From Thermodesulfovibrionales bacterium (GTDB lineage: Bacteria; Nitrospirota; Thermodesulfovibrionia; Thermodesulfovibrionales; UBA9159): a stretch of DNA of 34,100 nucleotides. The position numbers and the translations under genes are program-made. Positions 9,171-19,293 of this stretch are shown in pieces (within the stretch, counting starts at the first letter, position 1; every line of letters begins with the position of its first letter). A model generated the notes under the pieces. That model was not told where the DNA came from and did not search any database. It was given only the letters and a program-made list of their open reading frames with translations. Where the stretch lies: assembly GCA_046290845.1 (NCBI GenBank), contig JBKBUA010000009.1, positions 1 to 34,100 of the forward strand, written 5' to 3'.

Positions 9171-9332
9171 CTTTCCTCCTTAGTTAAATAATAATATTGA
9201 TTGCCTTGTTTTTAGATGTTAAAATTTAAATAAAATAACACAAAAAAGAAGACAAAAGCAACATCCTTTGTTTTCTAATCCTTAGCCTATAAGGTACTTG
9301 CTACTTTAGGAATAGAGTGTTTAAAATTAAAT

Positions 9333-10094
9333 ATGAACACAGTTACAACCAGAAAGATATGCCGTCACATTGATGGCTCCTCAGAATTTGTTGATGACCT
9401 TGTGGCACTCGAGAAAAAGATCAGGATCTCTGTAAATGGGAAAGAGATATTAAGCCTTTACTGCACACCGAATATGGTAAGGGAATTCGTCGTTGGCTTT
9501 ATGATGACCGAAGGAATAATAAAGGGTAACTGGTGTGCCGAAAGGATGAGCATTGAATATGGTGATGAAGTCCTTGTTGACATACCTGCTGAGGGAGATG
9601 TATCAATGGATGGTAAGGTCATAACATCAGGCTGCGTGGGAGGCGTTACATTTGAAAAAAGGACTGAAAATGAACCGATAGATGATAAGTTCTCAATAGG
9701 TAGTGACAGGTTAAGGGAGATTTTTAACCTTTTCCAGGCAAGGTCTGACCTTTATAAACTTACGGGATGTATCCATAGCGCTGCCCTTTCAGATGGCGAG
9801 AATATCCTCTGCTTTGCCGAGGACATTGGGAGGCATAATGCTGTTGATAAGGTCATTGGGTATGCAATCCTCGAGAATATACCCTTTTCTGGGAAGATAA
9901 TGCTTGCCAGTGGAAGGATTTCCTCGGAGATTTCATCAAAATGTGCAAGATGGGGAATACCGATGATTGCCACAAGGACAGCACCCACAAACCTTGCTGT
10001 TGAGATCGCAGAAAAAAGGGGAGTTACTATAGTCGGGTTTATAAGGGGTAAGAGATTCAATGTATATACCCATCCTGAAAGGATAGAGCAGTAG
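9333..10094 (+). CDS. fdhD: Formate dehydrogenase accessory sulfurtransferase FdhD
   Basis: Shows GCIHSAAL and EDIGRHNAVDKVIG motifs and the C-terminal SGRISSE...ATRTAPT pattern typical of FdhD. Confidence 0.85.
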   Translation: MNTVTTRKICRHIDGSSEFVDDLVALEKKIRISVNGKEILSLYCTPNMVREFVVGFMMTEGIIKGNWCAERMSIEYGDEVLVDIPAEGDVSMDGKVITSGCVGGVTFEKRTENEPIDDKFSIGSDRLREIFNLFQARSDLYKLTGCIHSAALSDGENILCFAEDIGRHNAVDKVIGYAILENIPFSGKIMLASGRISSEISSKCARWGIPMIATRTAPTNLAVEIAEKRGVTIVGFIRGKRFNVYTHPERIEQ

Positions 10095-10115
10095 ACCAGC
10101 TGACCATTCATGATG

Positions 10116-10173
10116 CAGGATTCAAGATACAAGATTCAAGATAATTATCCTATATCGTGTATCCTGTATCGTG
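10116..10173. repeat. Imperfect 58-nt palindrome built from 2+2 copies of a 14-mer (7-nt periodic); probable bidirectional terminator between convergent fdhD and pilR
   Basis: CAGGATTCAAGATA CAAGATTCAAGATA (10116-10143) is followed across the GATAATTATC centre by TATCCTATATCGTG TATCCTGTATCGTG (10146-10173). 22 of 29 positions pair. Confidence 0.7.
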
Positions 10174-10196
10174 GATAAAGACTACTGCTCTACTGC

Positions 10197-11561
10197 TCAC
10201 CTTATCCCATACTTATGCAATCTATGTCTGAAAGATCTGAAGGTTATATTTAACAATTTAGCAGCCTCTGTCTTACTGCCACCAGATAGTCTCAGGGCCT
10301 CCATCAAATACCTCTTTTCTATCTCAGCAATGATAGAATCAAGTTCTATCCCGTCTTCTGTAAGTGATGGAAGACCTGAAGATTCAGACGGTGCTGACAT
10401 TAAATCAGCAGGGATGTCCGAAACGGTTATCTCTTCATGATCGGTCATCAGGATTATTCTTTCCATCACATTTTCAAGCTCTCTTATATTCCCTCTCCAG
10501 GGACAGTTTATGAGTATCTTCATGGCCCCTGGGGAAACCTTTTTTGGTGACTTTGAAAATTTTTTGAGAAAATAATCAACAAGAAGCGGTATATCCTCTT
10601 TCCTTTCCCTTAAGGCCGGTAAATGTATCGGGATTACATTCAATCTGTAAAAAAGATCCTCCCTGAACCTTCCTGTCTCTATTTCTTCTTTCAGATCTTT
10701 ATTTGTAGCTGCTATAATCCTCACATCAACCTTGATATCACTGGTTCCACCCACTCTTCTGAAGGTACCATTTTCAAGAACCCTTAAGAGTTTCGCCTGA
10801 AGGCTCAGTGGCATGTCCCCTATCTCGTCGAGAAACAAGGTCCCCTTATCAGCGATCTCAAACAATCCCTGCTTATTAGAGACAGCACCTGTAAAGGCTC
10901 CCTTCATGTGCCCAAAGAGCTCGCTTTCGAGAATGCCCTCGGGAAGGGAAGCGCAATTTATTGCTACAAAGTTATTTTCCTTTCTCGAGCTGAGATTGTG
11001 AAGGGCTGTTGCGAAGAACTCCTTGCCTGTCCCGCTCTCTCCGGTAATCAGCACATTCGAGTTAGTCTCAGCTATCTTTGGTAATGTCCTGAGCAGTTCT
11101 TGCATCCTGGCACTTCTGTAAAAGATATTCCCCAGCTCATAGGTTGTCTTTATCTTTTCCCTGAGAACAGAGACCTCACCTCTCAGTCTTTTTTTCTCGA
11201 TGGCGTTCTTAACAACAAGCCTTATCTCATCTATCTTAAAAGGCTTATGTATATAATCATAGGCACCTAATTTCATCGCCTCCACCGCCGACTCCGTAGT
11301 CCCAAAGGCTGTTATCATTATAACGAGCGTCTCTGGCGAAATCTCTTTAGCCTCTCTCAATACATCGAACCCATCATGCCCCGGCATCTTTATATCTGTT
11401 ATAATGAGGTCGTATATATCCTTTCTAAGTTGTTCAATTCCTGTCGTTCCGTCAGGTGCTGTTGTAACCATATAACCCTCAGCCTCTAAGAGCATACTCA
11501 GGATCTCGCGCATATTCTTTTCGTCTTCTATAACCAGTATCTTGCTCCTCCCTTCGGTCAC
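10197..11561 (-). CDS. pilR: NtrC-family sigma54-dependent response regulator (PilR-like)
   Basis: Receiver domain (ILVIEDE...[11 protein letters not shown]), AAA+ domain with [14 protein letters not shown] and LFLDEIGD, and the C-terminal [22 protein letters not shown] start with SD GGAGG. The symbol is inferred from the adjacent kinase and pil genes. Confidence 0.8.
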   Translation of the reverse strand: MTEGRSKILVIEDEKNMREILSMLLEAEGYMVTTAPDGTTGIEQLRKDIYDLIITDIKMPGHDGFDVLREAKEISPETLVIMITAFGTTESAVEAMKLGAYDYIHKPFKIDEIRLVVKNAIEKKRLRGEVSVLREKIKTTYELGNIFYRSARMQELLRTLPKIAETNSNVLITGESGTGKEFFATALHNLSSRKENNFVAINCASLPEGILESELFGHMKGAFTGAVSNKQGLFEIADKGTLFLDEIGDMPLSLQAKLLRVLENGTFRRVGGTSDIKVDVRIIAATNKDLKEEIETGRFREDLFYRLNVIPIHLPALRERKEDIPLLVDYFLKKFSKSPKKVSPGAMKILINCPWRGNIRELENVMERIILMTDHEEITVSDIPADLMSAPSESSGLPSLTEDGIELDSIIAEIEKRYLMEALRLSGGSKTEAAKLLNITFRSFRHRLHKYGIR

Positions 11562-11601
11562 TTATAAACCTCCAGTTGAATTTAACTTTAAACTTTTAAT
11601 C

Positions 11602-11624
11602 CAGAACTTTTAACAAAAGTTCTG
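11602..11624 (-). other. 10-bp perfect hairpin spanning the pilS stop codon (intercistronic structure between pilS and pilR)
   Basis: CAGAACTTTT(11602-11611)/AAAAGTTCTG(11615-11624) with a 3-nt loop. There is no clear T-tract afterwards on the minus strand. Confidence 0.5.
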
Positions 11625-13262
11625 ATTAAGGGGTAATTCCAGTTCAAAGATGGTTCCCTTCCCTGGGACGCTGTCAACCCTGATACTGCCTTTATGTTCC
11701 TGGATTATTCTGTACACAATCGAAAGTCCGAGACCAGTTCCCCAGTCCTTTGTTGTATAAAAGGGATAAAAGATCTTTTCGAGGTTTTCGGGTTTAATGC
11801 CCACGCCAGAATCCTCAAATCTAATATCCACATAGCCATCATGCACCATTGTACTAACCTTAAGCTCTCCTCCCTTGCCCATCGACTCAATAGCATTAGT
11901 CGTCAGATTAATAAATACCTGACGAAGTTTATTGGGATCGCCTGTAATAAAAAGGTCTCCACTGAAACCCTTCCTTAACGAGATGTCGGCCTGATTGGAA
12001 GAACTTATCATCGCCATATCGAGGGTCTCTCCGAGCAATTCATGAAGATCAAAGGAAGTGAACTCAGGAGGTGATGGCCTTGAATACATCAGGAAATCGG
12101 TTATTATCTTATTAAGCCTATCCATCTCATTCAGTGCAATATTCATAAGTTTTTCGCTCTGTTCCTTTGAAATCTTTCCTTCTCTTAGCATTTCTATGGC
12201 TCCCTTTAATGACGCAAGGGGATTCCTTATCTCGTGAGCCATGTTTGCCGATAACTCGCCAATTGTAGCAAGGGTTCTCTTATAATTTAGCTCAGCCTCC
12301 AGTTTTTTTAGATTTGTAATGTCCCGAAAGATGCATATATAGCCTGTCTTCTCACCATCGCTGTTGGCAGTCTCTGATATGGTTAAGCCCACAATCTTCT
12401 TGTCACCATTGAAATTTAAAGTCGTCTCTTCTCTCTGAACCTTAAAGGGTGGTGTCAGAAAGGGAAATAATTCCTTAATATCTTTCCCTATGACCTTTGA
12501 TCTGCTGAGGCCTGTAATGGCCTCAGCAGCCTTATTGAAGATCATTATAATTCCTTCTCTGTCTGTTGTAATGAGACCACTTGGAAGACTTTCTATCAGT
12601 TCCCTATTAAAGATGGTAAGGTCCTGTAAGTCTACATCCTTTTCCTCGAGCTTTTTTGTAGTCTTCTCGAGCCTCGAGACGAGATAGCCCGCAAGATAGG
12701 CGGTCAGATAAAGCGCCGTTATATGAGTAAAGATATTGTACAGGAAGTCTTTTTCCCTGAGGGACACCTCATAGGATAGATTAATAACACCATAGTATTG
12801 AAGGTCAAGCATGGATCCATAAAGAATGCTAAGTATGGTAGCAATGGTATATCCTGCCCTTTTATTTAGGACAATCGGTGAAGCCATTACAGTAAGGAGC
12901 ATGATGCTTGTAAACCAGCTTTCTATACCACCTGTAAGGTATATGAGGACTATCTCGCCTATTGCATCTATAATCAGTTGTGTATAGGCAAAAAGATATA
13001 GATTACTGACCCTTTTAAGAAGAAAAAAATAAACTATCGATAGGATGTAAATAAAGATTATTAAATAGATGACACCTTGTGGAAAGGTTATCTTATAATG
13101 GCCTATGCTAAATAAGGAAAAGGAGCCGAGAAGAAGTGTAACAAAAAAGACTCTGAAGAAGATTAGTACCCTCAGTCTTTTAAAAAAGACATTTTTATCA
13201 CCCAAAAATCTCGGATTTCTGGGGTTGTTTTTATCCTCCATGAGATTATTTGATGAGGGCAC
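11610..13262 (-). CDS. pilS: Sensor histidine kinase with polytopic N-terminal membrane domain and PAS domain (PilS-like)
   Basis: ~6 predicted TM helices, a PAS-like segment, the HisKA H-box (ANMAHEIRNPL), and the HATPase N/G boxes (NLTTNAIES, GTGLGLSIV). Start is uncertain: GTG 13262 overlaps pilC, and ATG 13241 is the alternative. Confidence 0.85.
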   Translation of the reverse strand: MPSSNNLMEDKNNPRNPRFLGDKNVFFKRLRVLIFFRVFFVTLLLGSFSLFSIGHYKITFPQGVIYLIIFIYILSIVYFFLLKRVSNLYLFAYTQLIIDAIGEIVLIYLTGGIESWFTSIMLLTVMASPIVLNKRAGYTIATILSILYGSMLDLQYYGVINLSYEVSLREKDFLYNIFTHITALYLTAYLAGYLVSRLEKTTKKLEEKDVDLQDLTIFNRELIESLPSGLITTDREGIIMIFNKAAEAITGLSRSKVIGKDIKELFPFLTPPFKVQREETTLNFNGDKKIVGLTISETANSDGEKTGYICIFRDITNLKKLEAELNYKRTLATIGELSANMAHEIRNPLASLKGAIEMLREGKISKEQSEKLMNIALNEMDRLNKIITDFLMYSRPSPPEFTSFDLHELLGETLDMAMISSSNQADISLRKGFSGDLFITGDPNKLRQVFINLTTNAIESMGKGGELKVSTMVHDGYVDIRFEDSGVGIKPENLEKIFYPFYTTKDWGTGLGLSIVYRIIQEHKGSIRVDSVPGKGTIFELELPLNQNFC

Positions 13263-14451
13263 CCATCTTGAATATGGGTAAATAGAGAGAAACTACTATA
13301 AAACCAACGGTGCTCCCGAGAAAGACCATTAATAACGGTTCTAACATAGCTGTTAAGTTAGAGACTGCTGCGTCAACCTCGTCATCGTAAAAGTCTGCTA
13401 TCTTGCCGAGCATGGCGTCTAAAGCACCAGTAGATTCACCAACAGCTATCATATGGGTAACCATTGGAGGGAAGACCTTTGCCTTTGAAAGCGGCTCTGC
13501 CAGCGTCTTACCCTCAGCCACAGCCTTCCTCACATCCATAACAGAGTATTCGATGACCTTGTTTCCTGCTGTTTTTGCTGTTATATCAAGGCCATCGAGG
13601 ATCGGAACACCACTGCTTATAAGGGTTCCGAGCGTCCTGGTGAATTTAGCAACCGCAACCTTGTTAAGAATCATGCCAAAGATCGGGAGTTTTAAAAGGA
13701 TAGCATCCGTTGCCCTTTTACCATTTTCGGTCCGTCTGATTTGAGTTATGGCTACACTCATACCAACGATAAGCCCGAAGATAAGTAATCCGCCAATACC
13801 ACCAATAAAATTGCTAATAGATATTATAATCCTTGTAGGAAGAGGAAGAGTCCCACCGAGAGAGGCAAACATCTTCGAAAAAGTCGGGACAACAAAGATC
13901 ATTATTATAGCGAGAACAGTAACTGCCACGCCTGTCACAACAGCAGGATAAATCATTGCTCCCTTGACCTTCTTCTTCAATTTCATTGCCTTTTCTATAT
14001 ATGCTGCGAGCCTGTTCAATATGGTATCGAGGATACCTCCTGCCTCACCTGCCGCAACCATGTTCACATAAAGTTCTGAAAATACTCTCGGATGTTTCCT
14101 CAATGCATCCGCATAGGTAGAGCCTGCCTCAACATCTGATTTTACAGTAGAAAGCGTTTTTGCAAGATTTTTATTCTCTACCTGTGTTGAGAGTATCTCG
14201 AGGGCCTGAACGAGGGGCAAACCAGCGTCTATCATTGTTGCAAACTGCCTCGTAAAAACAACTATATCCTTGTCCTTAACCTTTCCGCCAAAACCAAATA
14301 CCTTTTTTACCTTTTTCTCGGTAATGACCGTTGGGGTTATGTTTCGCCTTCTTAAAATTGCTATTACTTCTTCCTTTGAAGCGGCCACTACCTCTCCTGA
14401 TTCAATAGTTCCTCTCGGATTCTTACCCGACCATTGAAAGGTCATCGGCAT
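13246..14451 (-). CDS. pilC: Type IV pilus assembly platform protein PilC (GspF family)
   Basis: 401 aa with two T2SF repeats (FTRQFATMIDAGLPL..., FTRTLGTLISSGVPIL...) and three TM segments. Confidence 0.92.
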   Translation of the reverse strand: MPMTFQWSGKNPRGTIESGEVVAASKEEVIAILRRRNITPTVITEKKVKKVFGFGGKVKDKDIVVFTRQFATMIDAGLPLVQALEILSTQVENKNLAKTLSTVKSDVEAGSTYADALRKHPRVFSELYVNMVAAGEAGGILDTILNRLAAYIEKAMKLKKKVKGAMIYPAVVTGVAVTVLAIIMIFVVPTFSKMFASLGGTLPLPTRIIISISNFIGGIGGLLIFGLIVGMSVAITQIRRTENGKRATDAILLKLPIFGMILNKVAVAKFTRTLGTLISSGVPILDGLDITAKTAGNKVIEYSVMDVRKAVAEGKTLAEPLSKAKVFPPMVTHMIAVGESTGALDAMLGKIADFYDDEVDAAVSNLTAMLEPLLMVFLGSTVGFIVVSLYLPIFKMGALIK

Positions 14452-14452
14452 T

Positions 14453-15544
14453 TTATCCCCTCCCTCTAATAGATGTATTAGATGCCCTCTGAATCATTGT
14501 TATGAGTTCTTCAGGTACCATTGATCTCCCAATGGCATCCTCATAAGAAATAAGCCCCTTTGTATATAACTCTAAAAGAGATTGATTCATCGTCTGCATA
14601 CCCGATCTTGCCTGACCTGTCTGCATTATTGAGTATATCTGATGAATCTTGTCCTCTCTTATAAGGTTTCGAACAGCAGGATTCGGAATAAGTATTTCTA
14701 CTGCAAGTACCCTTCCCTGCCCGGTCTTCTTTGGAATCAGTTGCTGAGAGATGATACCCTCGAGGACAAAGGAAAGTTGCACCCTTATCTGTTCCTGCTG
14801 ATGCGATGGAAATACATCTATTATCCTGTTTATTGTCTGGACTGCAGAATTTGTGTGAAGAGTAGCCAGAGTAAGATGACCTGTTTCTGAGACAGTAAGG
14901 GCAGCTTCGATAGTCTCAAGGTCCCTCATCTCACCTATCAATACCACATCAGGGTCCTGTCTGAGGACATACTTCAGGGCTGCCTTAAAAGAGGTCGTGT
15001 CAGCATTCACCTCCCTCTGGTTTATTAATGATTTTTTATGCCCATGGAGGTATTCAATAGGATCCTCTATAGTTATGATATGATCATATCTTTCCTCATT
15101 GATCCGGTCCACCATCGCCGCAAGTGTGGTAGATTTCCCGCTTCCTGTAGGACCTGTAACAACGATCAACCCCCTCGGTTTTTTAACGAGTTCATTTATT
15201 ATCTCAGGTAGCCCAAGTTCATTAAAGGTCTTAATACCAAAAGGGATGGTCCTGAAGGCACCAGCCACAGCACCCCTCTGCATAAAGATATTAGCCCTGA
15301 ATCTGCTCAACCCCTTAATCCCGAAGGAGAGGTCCAGTTCACTATTCTCCTCAAACCTGTGCTTCTGCGCATCCGTCAATATACTGTAACAGAGGTTCTT
15401 TGTATCTGTGGGTGTTAATGGAGGATGATCGATTGGTATTAATTTGCCATCTATCCTCAGCCGTGGCGGGCTTCCCGTTGTCACATGAAGGTCAGAAGCA
15501 CCTCTTTCAATCATCTGCTTTAAAAGGTCATAAAGTGTAGCCAT
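14453..15544 (-). CDS. pilT: Twitching motility ATPase PilT
   Basis: 363 aa. Shows ASDLHV, Walker A GPTGSGKST, the Asp box, Walker B VVLIGEMRD, the His box ETGHLTLATLHT, and the AIRNLIRE-like motif AVRNLIRE typical of PilT. Confidence 0.93.
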   Translation of the reverse strand: MATLYDLLKQMIERGASDLHVTTGSPPRLRIDGKLIPIDHPPLTPTDTKNLCYSILTDAQKHRFEENSELDLSFGIKGLSRFRANIFMQRGAVAGAFRTIPFGIKTFNELGLPEIINELVKKPRGLIVVTGPTGSGKSTTLAAMVDRINEERYDHIITIEDPIEYLHGHKKSLINQREVNADTTSFKAALKYVLRQDPDVVLIGEMRDLETIEAALTVSETGHLTLATLHTNSAVQTINRIIDVFPSHQQEQIRVQLSFVLEGIISQQLIPKKTGQGRVLAVEILIPNPAVRNLIREDKIHQIYSIMQTGQARSGMQTMNQSLLELYTKGLISYEDAIGRSMVPEELITMIQRASNTSIRGRG

Positions 15545-15587
15545 TTATTCTCCTTTGATATAAACAATTGATATGAACAATACCCTT

Positions 15588-17393
15588 TTAATCTCCAAAA
15601 GTAACCCTTAATACCTCCTCAATCGAGGTGATACCTTCCTTTACCTTTGTGAGTCCGCTCATTCTCAGGGTTTTCATTCCAAGCCTTATAGCGGTCTTCT
15701 TAATCTCATTAGCAGAGGCACCCTCAAGAATCAACTCCCTTATCTCATCACTTATAGGCATAACCTCATAAAGGGCAATCCTTCCTTTATAACCTGTATT
15801 ATTGCAGGCTGAGCAACCCTTGCCTCTGTAACACTTGATTGTGTTTGCCTCTTCCTCAGAGAACCCGATCTTTATTAGTGTCTGAGGTGATACCTTCTCC
15901 TCCTCCTTACACTGAAGACATATCTTCCTGGCCAGTCTTTGAGCAAGGATTAGAATTACGGATGATGAGACGAGAAATGGCTCTATTCCCATGTTAAGTA
16001 ACCTGCTAACAGTACTTGGTGCATCATTTGTATGTAGTGTACTAAGAACGAGATGCCCTGTTAGAGCAGCCTTAACCGCTATCTCTGCCGTCTCAAAATC
16101 TCTTATCTCGCCGACCATTATAATATCAGGGTCCTGCCTGAGGAATGACCTGAGTGCAGAAGCAAAGGTCAGACCGATCTCTTCCTTTACCTGAACCTGA
16201 TTAATCCCCATAAAGTTATACTCTACAGGATCCTCAGCGGTCATTATATTGGTTCCTGGTTTATTCAGATGGTTGAGGGCTGAGTAAAGGGTTGTTGTCT
16301 TACCACTTCCTGTAGGACCCGTGACAAGGACCATTCCATAAGGCTTCTCGATGGCATCCATGAAGTCATCGAGTTGCTTTTTCTCAAAACCAAGCTTTGT
16401 GAGGTCTATCTGAAGATTTGACTTATCGAGTATCCTCAAAACCGTCTTTTCTCCAAAGAGTGTGGGAAGGGTAGATACACGAAAGTCTATCTCCCTGTTC
16501 CTGCCCAGTTTGAGTTTAATCCTTCCATCCTGGGGTAGCCTTCTTTCTGCTATGTCCAGCTTGGCCATTATCTTTATCCTCGATGTTAGCGCATTCTTTA
16601 TCTTCGTTGGCAAACTCATGGTTGTATGCATAACTCCATCAACCCTGTATCTGACCCTGAGAGAATTCTCATAGGGTTCAATATGAATATCGCTCGCACC
16701 TGCCTTAATAGCATTTATGAAGATCCCATTAACGAGCTTTACAATAGGTGCCTCTACCTCCTTTATGACCTCTGAATCCTCTCTCTCCTCAACTATATCA
16801 ATCGTGTCGAGGGCACTACCGACTATCTTGTCAAATTCCTCAACATCAACCGTCGGCGCCTCTTCGATTGTGATCGTTGATGAATTCTCAGCATCTTCAT
16901 CAGAGAGCGTATAATCCTTGGCCTGAATTATCTGGGAGGTAGTCTTCGATTGGACAGCAACATCTCCACCCCTCGAATAATGTGTATTAATAGCATTCAT
17001 TATTGAAGTCTCTGACGAGACCACAACCTCAACATTATAGCCTGTCATGAACTTCACATCATCAATAGCAAATACATTCGATGGGTCTGCCATGGCAATA
17101 GTTAATGTAGCCCCAACCCTCGCAATGGGAATAATAAGGTATTTTCTTGCCATTTCATATGGTATAAGCTTTATTACAGAGGCGTCTATCTTATGATCAG
17201 ACAGGTTTATGGCTGGAACACCATATTGTTTGCTCAAAAAGGTAACAAGTTTCTCCTCGGTAATATATCCGAGTTTTACAAGATTAGTTCCGAGTCTTCC
17301 ACCTTCTTTTTTTTGGAGATTGAGTGCCTGTTTTAACTGTTCCTCAGATATTATATTCGAGTTAATCAGTATCTGACCAAGTTTTGCAGCCAT
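15588..17393 (-). CDS. pilB: Type IV pilus assembly ATPase PilB (GspE family)
   Basis: 601 aa with an N-terminal T2SSE_N/MshEN-like domain, Walker A GPTGSGKTT, Walker B IIMVGEIRD, and a tetracysteine zinc motif (CLQC...CSAC). Confidence 0.92.
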   Translation of the reverse strand: MAAKLGQILINSNIISEEQLKQALNLQKKEGGRLGTNLVKLGYITEEKLVTFLSKQYGVPAINLSDHKIDASVIKLIPYEMARKYLIIPIARVGATLTIAMADPSNVFAIDDVKFMTGYNVEVVVSSETSIMNAINTHYSRGGDVAVQSKTTSQIIQAKDYTLSDEDAENSSTITIEEAPTVDVEEFDKIVGSALDTIDIVEEREDSEVIKEVEAPIVKLVNGIFINAIKAGASDIHIEPYENSLRVRYRVDGVMHTTMSLPTKIKNALTSRIKIMAKLDIAERRLPQDGRIKLKLGRNREIDFRVSTLPTLFGEKTVLRILDKSNLQIDLTKLGFEKKQLDDFMDAIEKPYGMVLVTGPTGSGKTTTLYSALNHLNKPGTNIMTAEDPVEYNFMGINQVQVKEEIGLTFASALRSFLRQDPDIIMVGEIRDFETAEIAVKAALTGHLVLSTLHTNDAPSTVSRLLNMGIEPFLVSSSVILILAQRLARKICLQCKEEEKVSPQTLIKIGFSEEEANTIKCYRGKGCSACNNTGYKGRIALYEVMPISDEIRELILEGASANEIKKTAIRLGMKTLRMSGLTKVKEGITSIEEVLRVTFGD

Positions 17394-17435
17394 ATATGTT
17401 AAATGTATATGAAATACCGAAGGCTTGTCAACCTT

Positions 17436-18656
17436 CTAAGCACCAAATTTCTTCAGTCTCAAGGAATTTGCAAGGGCAAGAGGGATAAGGTTATAGGCAG
17501 GGAATATACCTAACTCTCCCTTAATACATTCCCTTTCAGAAAAACGGTAAGATACTCCACCGAGGACATAATCTGACCTGATTAAAACAGGAACTGGATG
17601 CCAACTATGGCTTTTCATGAGTGAAGGCGTGGAGTGATCGCCTGTTATAATTAATACATCTGGCTTTAACTCAATTATCCGTGGCAAAAGCGTATCAAAT
17701 TCTTCAATCCTCCTAACCTTCTCGTTAAAATTACCATCCTCTCCATAGGAATCAACCTTTTTTACATGGAGAAAAAAGAAATCATAACCTTTATCAACTT
17801 CCCTGTATTTCTCTCTTAAAAAATTAATCTCATCCTCTACAGTTCCTTCAATATAAGGGGTGTCCATTCCAACAAGCCTTGCAAGCCCCCTGTACATTGG
17901 GTAAGTCGCTATAGCAAGGGCCCTGAGACCAAAGGCTTCTTCAAAGGACGGCATATGAGGGATAATAGAAAAGCCTCTCGTCAGGATAAAATTTGCCTTT
18001 TCCTGATCCTTTAATATTTCCTGTGAAATATTGATCAATCTACTAATAACCCTCGATACCCTCTGAGCCTCAACAGTTAATGGTTCAGGATCCAGTGGCT
18101 TTTTTCCCTCTTTTTGTGGATCTGTATCGGGTATCATTGCTGCCTCCGGGCCGATTGGTTCAGAAAACCTGATAAGAAGGGCAAACCTGTGTTCCATCCC
18201 TGGAGCAAAGATTATTTCGGCATCATCTATTCTGCTGATTTCTTTCTGTAATCTTTCTGTTAATCGCCTGCTTTCTTCGGTAGGTATCCTTCCTGCTCTC
18301 CTGTCAACAATTATTCCATCCTTGATCGTTGCGTAATTACATCTTACCGCCACATCTGTTCTTCTTACCTCAAGACCGAGACCAAGGGCCTCAAGCACTC
18401 CTCTTCCTATCTGATATTTAATTGGGTTGTAACCAAAGATTCCAAGATGACCGGGTCCACTACCGGGAGTAATGCCGTAAGAAACAGGGATATGAAGACC
18501 GCAAGCCGATTCCTTAGCAAGAGAATCAAGATTAGGCGTATTAGCAGCCTCAAGTTCTGTTTTTCCCTTAACAGGTAGGCCACCGACACCGTCAAGAACC
18601 ACCATTATTATCTTTGAACTATTCTTTTGAATTAGACCCTTTATCAATTCTTGCAT
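17436..18656 (-). CDS. apgM: Cofactor-independent phosphoglycerate mutase, archaeal type
   Basis: 406 aa alkaline-phosphatase-superfamily protein. The N-terminal MVVLDGVGG, the ITGDHSTP metal-site motif and the overall length match ApgM-type iPGM. Confidence 0.8.
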   Translation of the reverse strand: MQELIKGLIQKNSSKIIMVVLDGVGGLPVKGKTELEAANTPNLDSLAKESACGLHIPVSYGITPGSGPGHLGIFGYNPIKYQIGRGVLEALGLGLEVRRTDVAVRCNYATIKDGIIVDRRAGRIPTEESRRLTERLQKEISRIDDAEIIFAPGMEHRFALLIRFSEPIGPEAAMIPDTDPQKEGKKPLDPEPLTVEAQRVSRVISRLINISQEILKDQEKANFILTRGFSIIPHMPSFEEAFGLRALAIATYPMYRGLARLVGMDTPYIEGTVEDEINFLREKYREVDKGYDFFFLHVKKVDSYGEDGNFNEKVRRIEEFDTLLPRIIELKPDVLIITGDHSTPSLMKSHSWHPVPVLIRSDYVLGGVSYRFSERECIKGELGIFPAYNLIPLALANSLRLKKFGA

Positions 18657-18792
18657 ATTTGTAGTTTAATTTAAACGTGTTCTTTTTTTCAATTTTTTCT
18701 CCTACTTCACAATTCTTCATAATTCCTTCTCTGTTTCTTCGCAAACCTCTGGTATGCTGAAAATATAAATAGAAGAGAAAGGAGGTGAAAAG

Positions 18793-19197
18793 ATGAAAAA
18801 ATCATTGATAATAGCTTTGGTAGTTGCTACAGCCTTTGTGGTTATCGGAGGCGCGGTCTATGCCCACGGGCCATGGGGTCATAGCATGGGATATGGCATG
18901 AACTTCGGAGGGACAGTGAATATTGAGAACATGAAAGGATTCCAGAAAGAGACAATGGCCCTGCGCGATGAGCTTATAACAAAGAGAGCGGAATTACAGA
19001 ATGAGTACAGCAAACCACAGCGAGATTATGAACGCATCGGCACCTTAAGAAAAGAGATTGTCGAACTACAGACAAAGATACAGGCTGCAGCAGAAAAGTA
19101 TGGTCTATCTGCCGATGGTAGGGCTTACGGCATGAGGAATGGCATGATGGGAAAGGGGATGATGGGACATAACTGTCCATGCCCCATGTCCCGATAG
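18793..19197 (+). CDS. Periplasmic Spy/CpxP/ZraP-family protein with Gly/Met/His-rich ends and a C-terminal CPCP motif
   Basis: Signal peptide, an HGPWGHSMGYGMNFGG N-region, a central coiled LTxxQ-like region (ALRDELITKRAELQNEY), and the C-terminal GMRNGMMGKGMMGHNCPCP. Strong SD AGGAGGTG. Confidence 0.7.
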   Translation: MKKSLIIALVVATAFVVIGGAVYAHGPWGHSMGYGMNFGGTVNIENMKGFQKETMALRDELITKRAELQNEYSKPQRDYERIGTLRKEIVELQTKIQAAAEKYGLSADGRAYGMRNGMMGKGMMGHNCPCPMSR

Positions 19198-19218
19198 ATT
19201 TCACAGATGCAGCCATAT

Positions 19219-19253
19219 GGAGGCAGGCAACCCATACCTGCCTCCCAATTTTA
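19219..19253 (+). terminator. Intrinsic terminator after the ZraP-like gene
   Basis: 9-bp stem GGAGGCAGG(19219-19227)/CCTGCCTCC(19237-19245) with a 9-nt loop, followed by CAATTTTA. Confidence 0.55.
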
Positions 19254-19293
19254 TGTAACTGTGTAATAATATAACCCTAATGTTGCAAAAAAT

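Noticed and set aside
14451-14480. The G-rich sequence at the pilT 3' end (ATTAGAGGGAGGGGATAA, encoding IRGRG) resembles the right half of the nifEN palindromic elements.
   Set aside because: It has no complementary C-rich arm, so it is not palindromic. The G-run is adequately explained as the Shine-Dalgarno sequence for pilC, whose ATG follows 1 nt after the pilT stop.
15557-15582. 13-nt tandem duplication GATATAAACAATT GATATGAACAATA between pilB and pilT.
   Set aside because: It is only two AT-rich copies in a 43-nt intercistronic spacer that also carries the pilT RBS. I cannot distinguish it from chance or local slippage, and no function is suggested.
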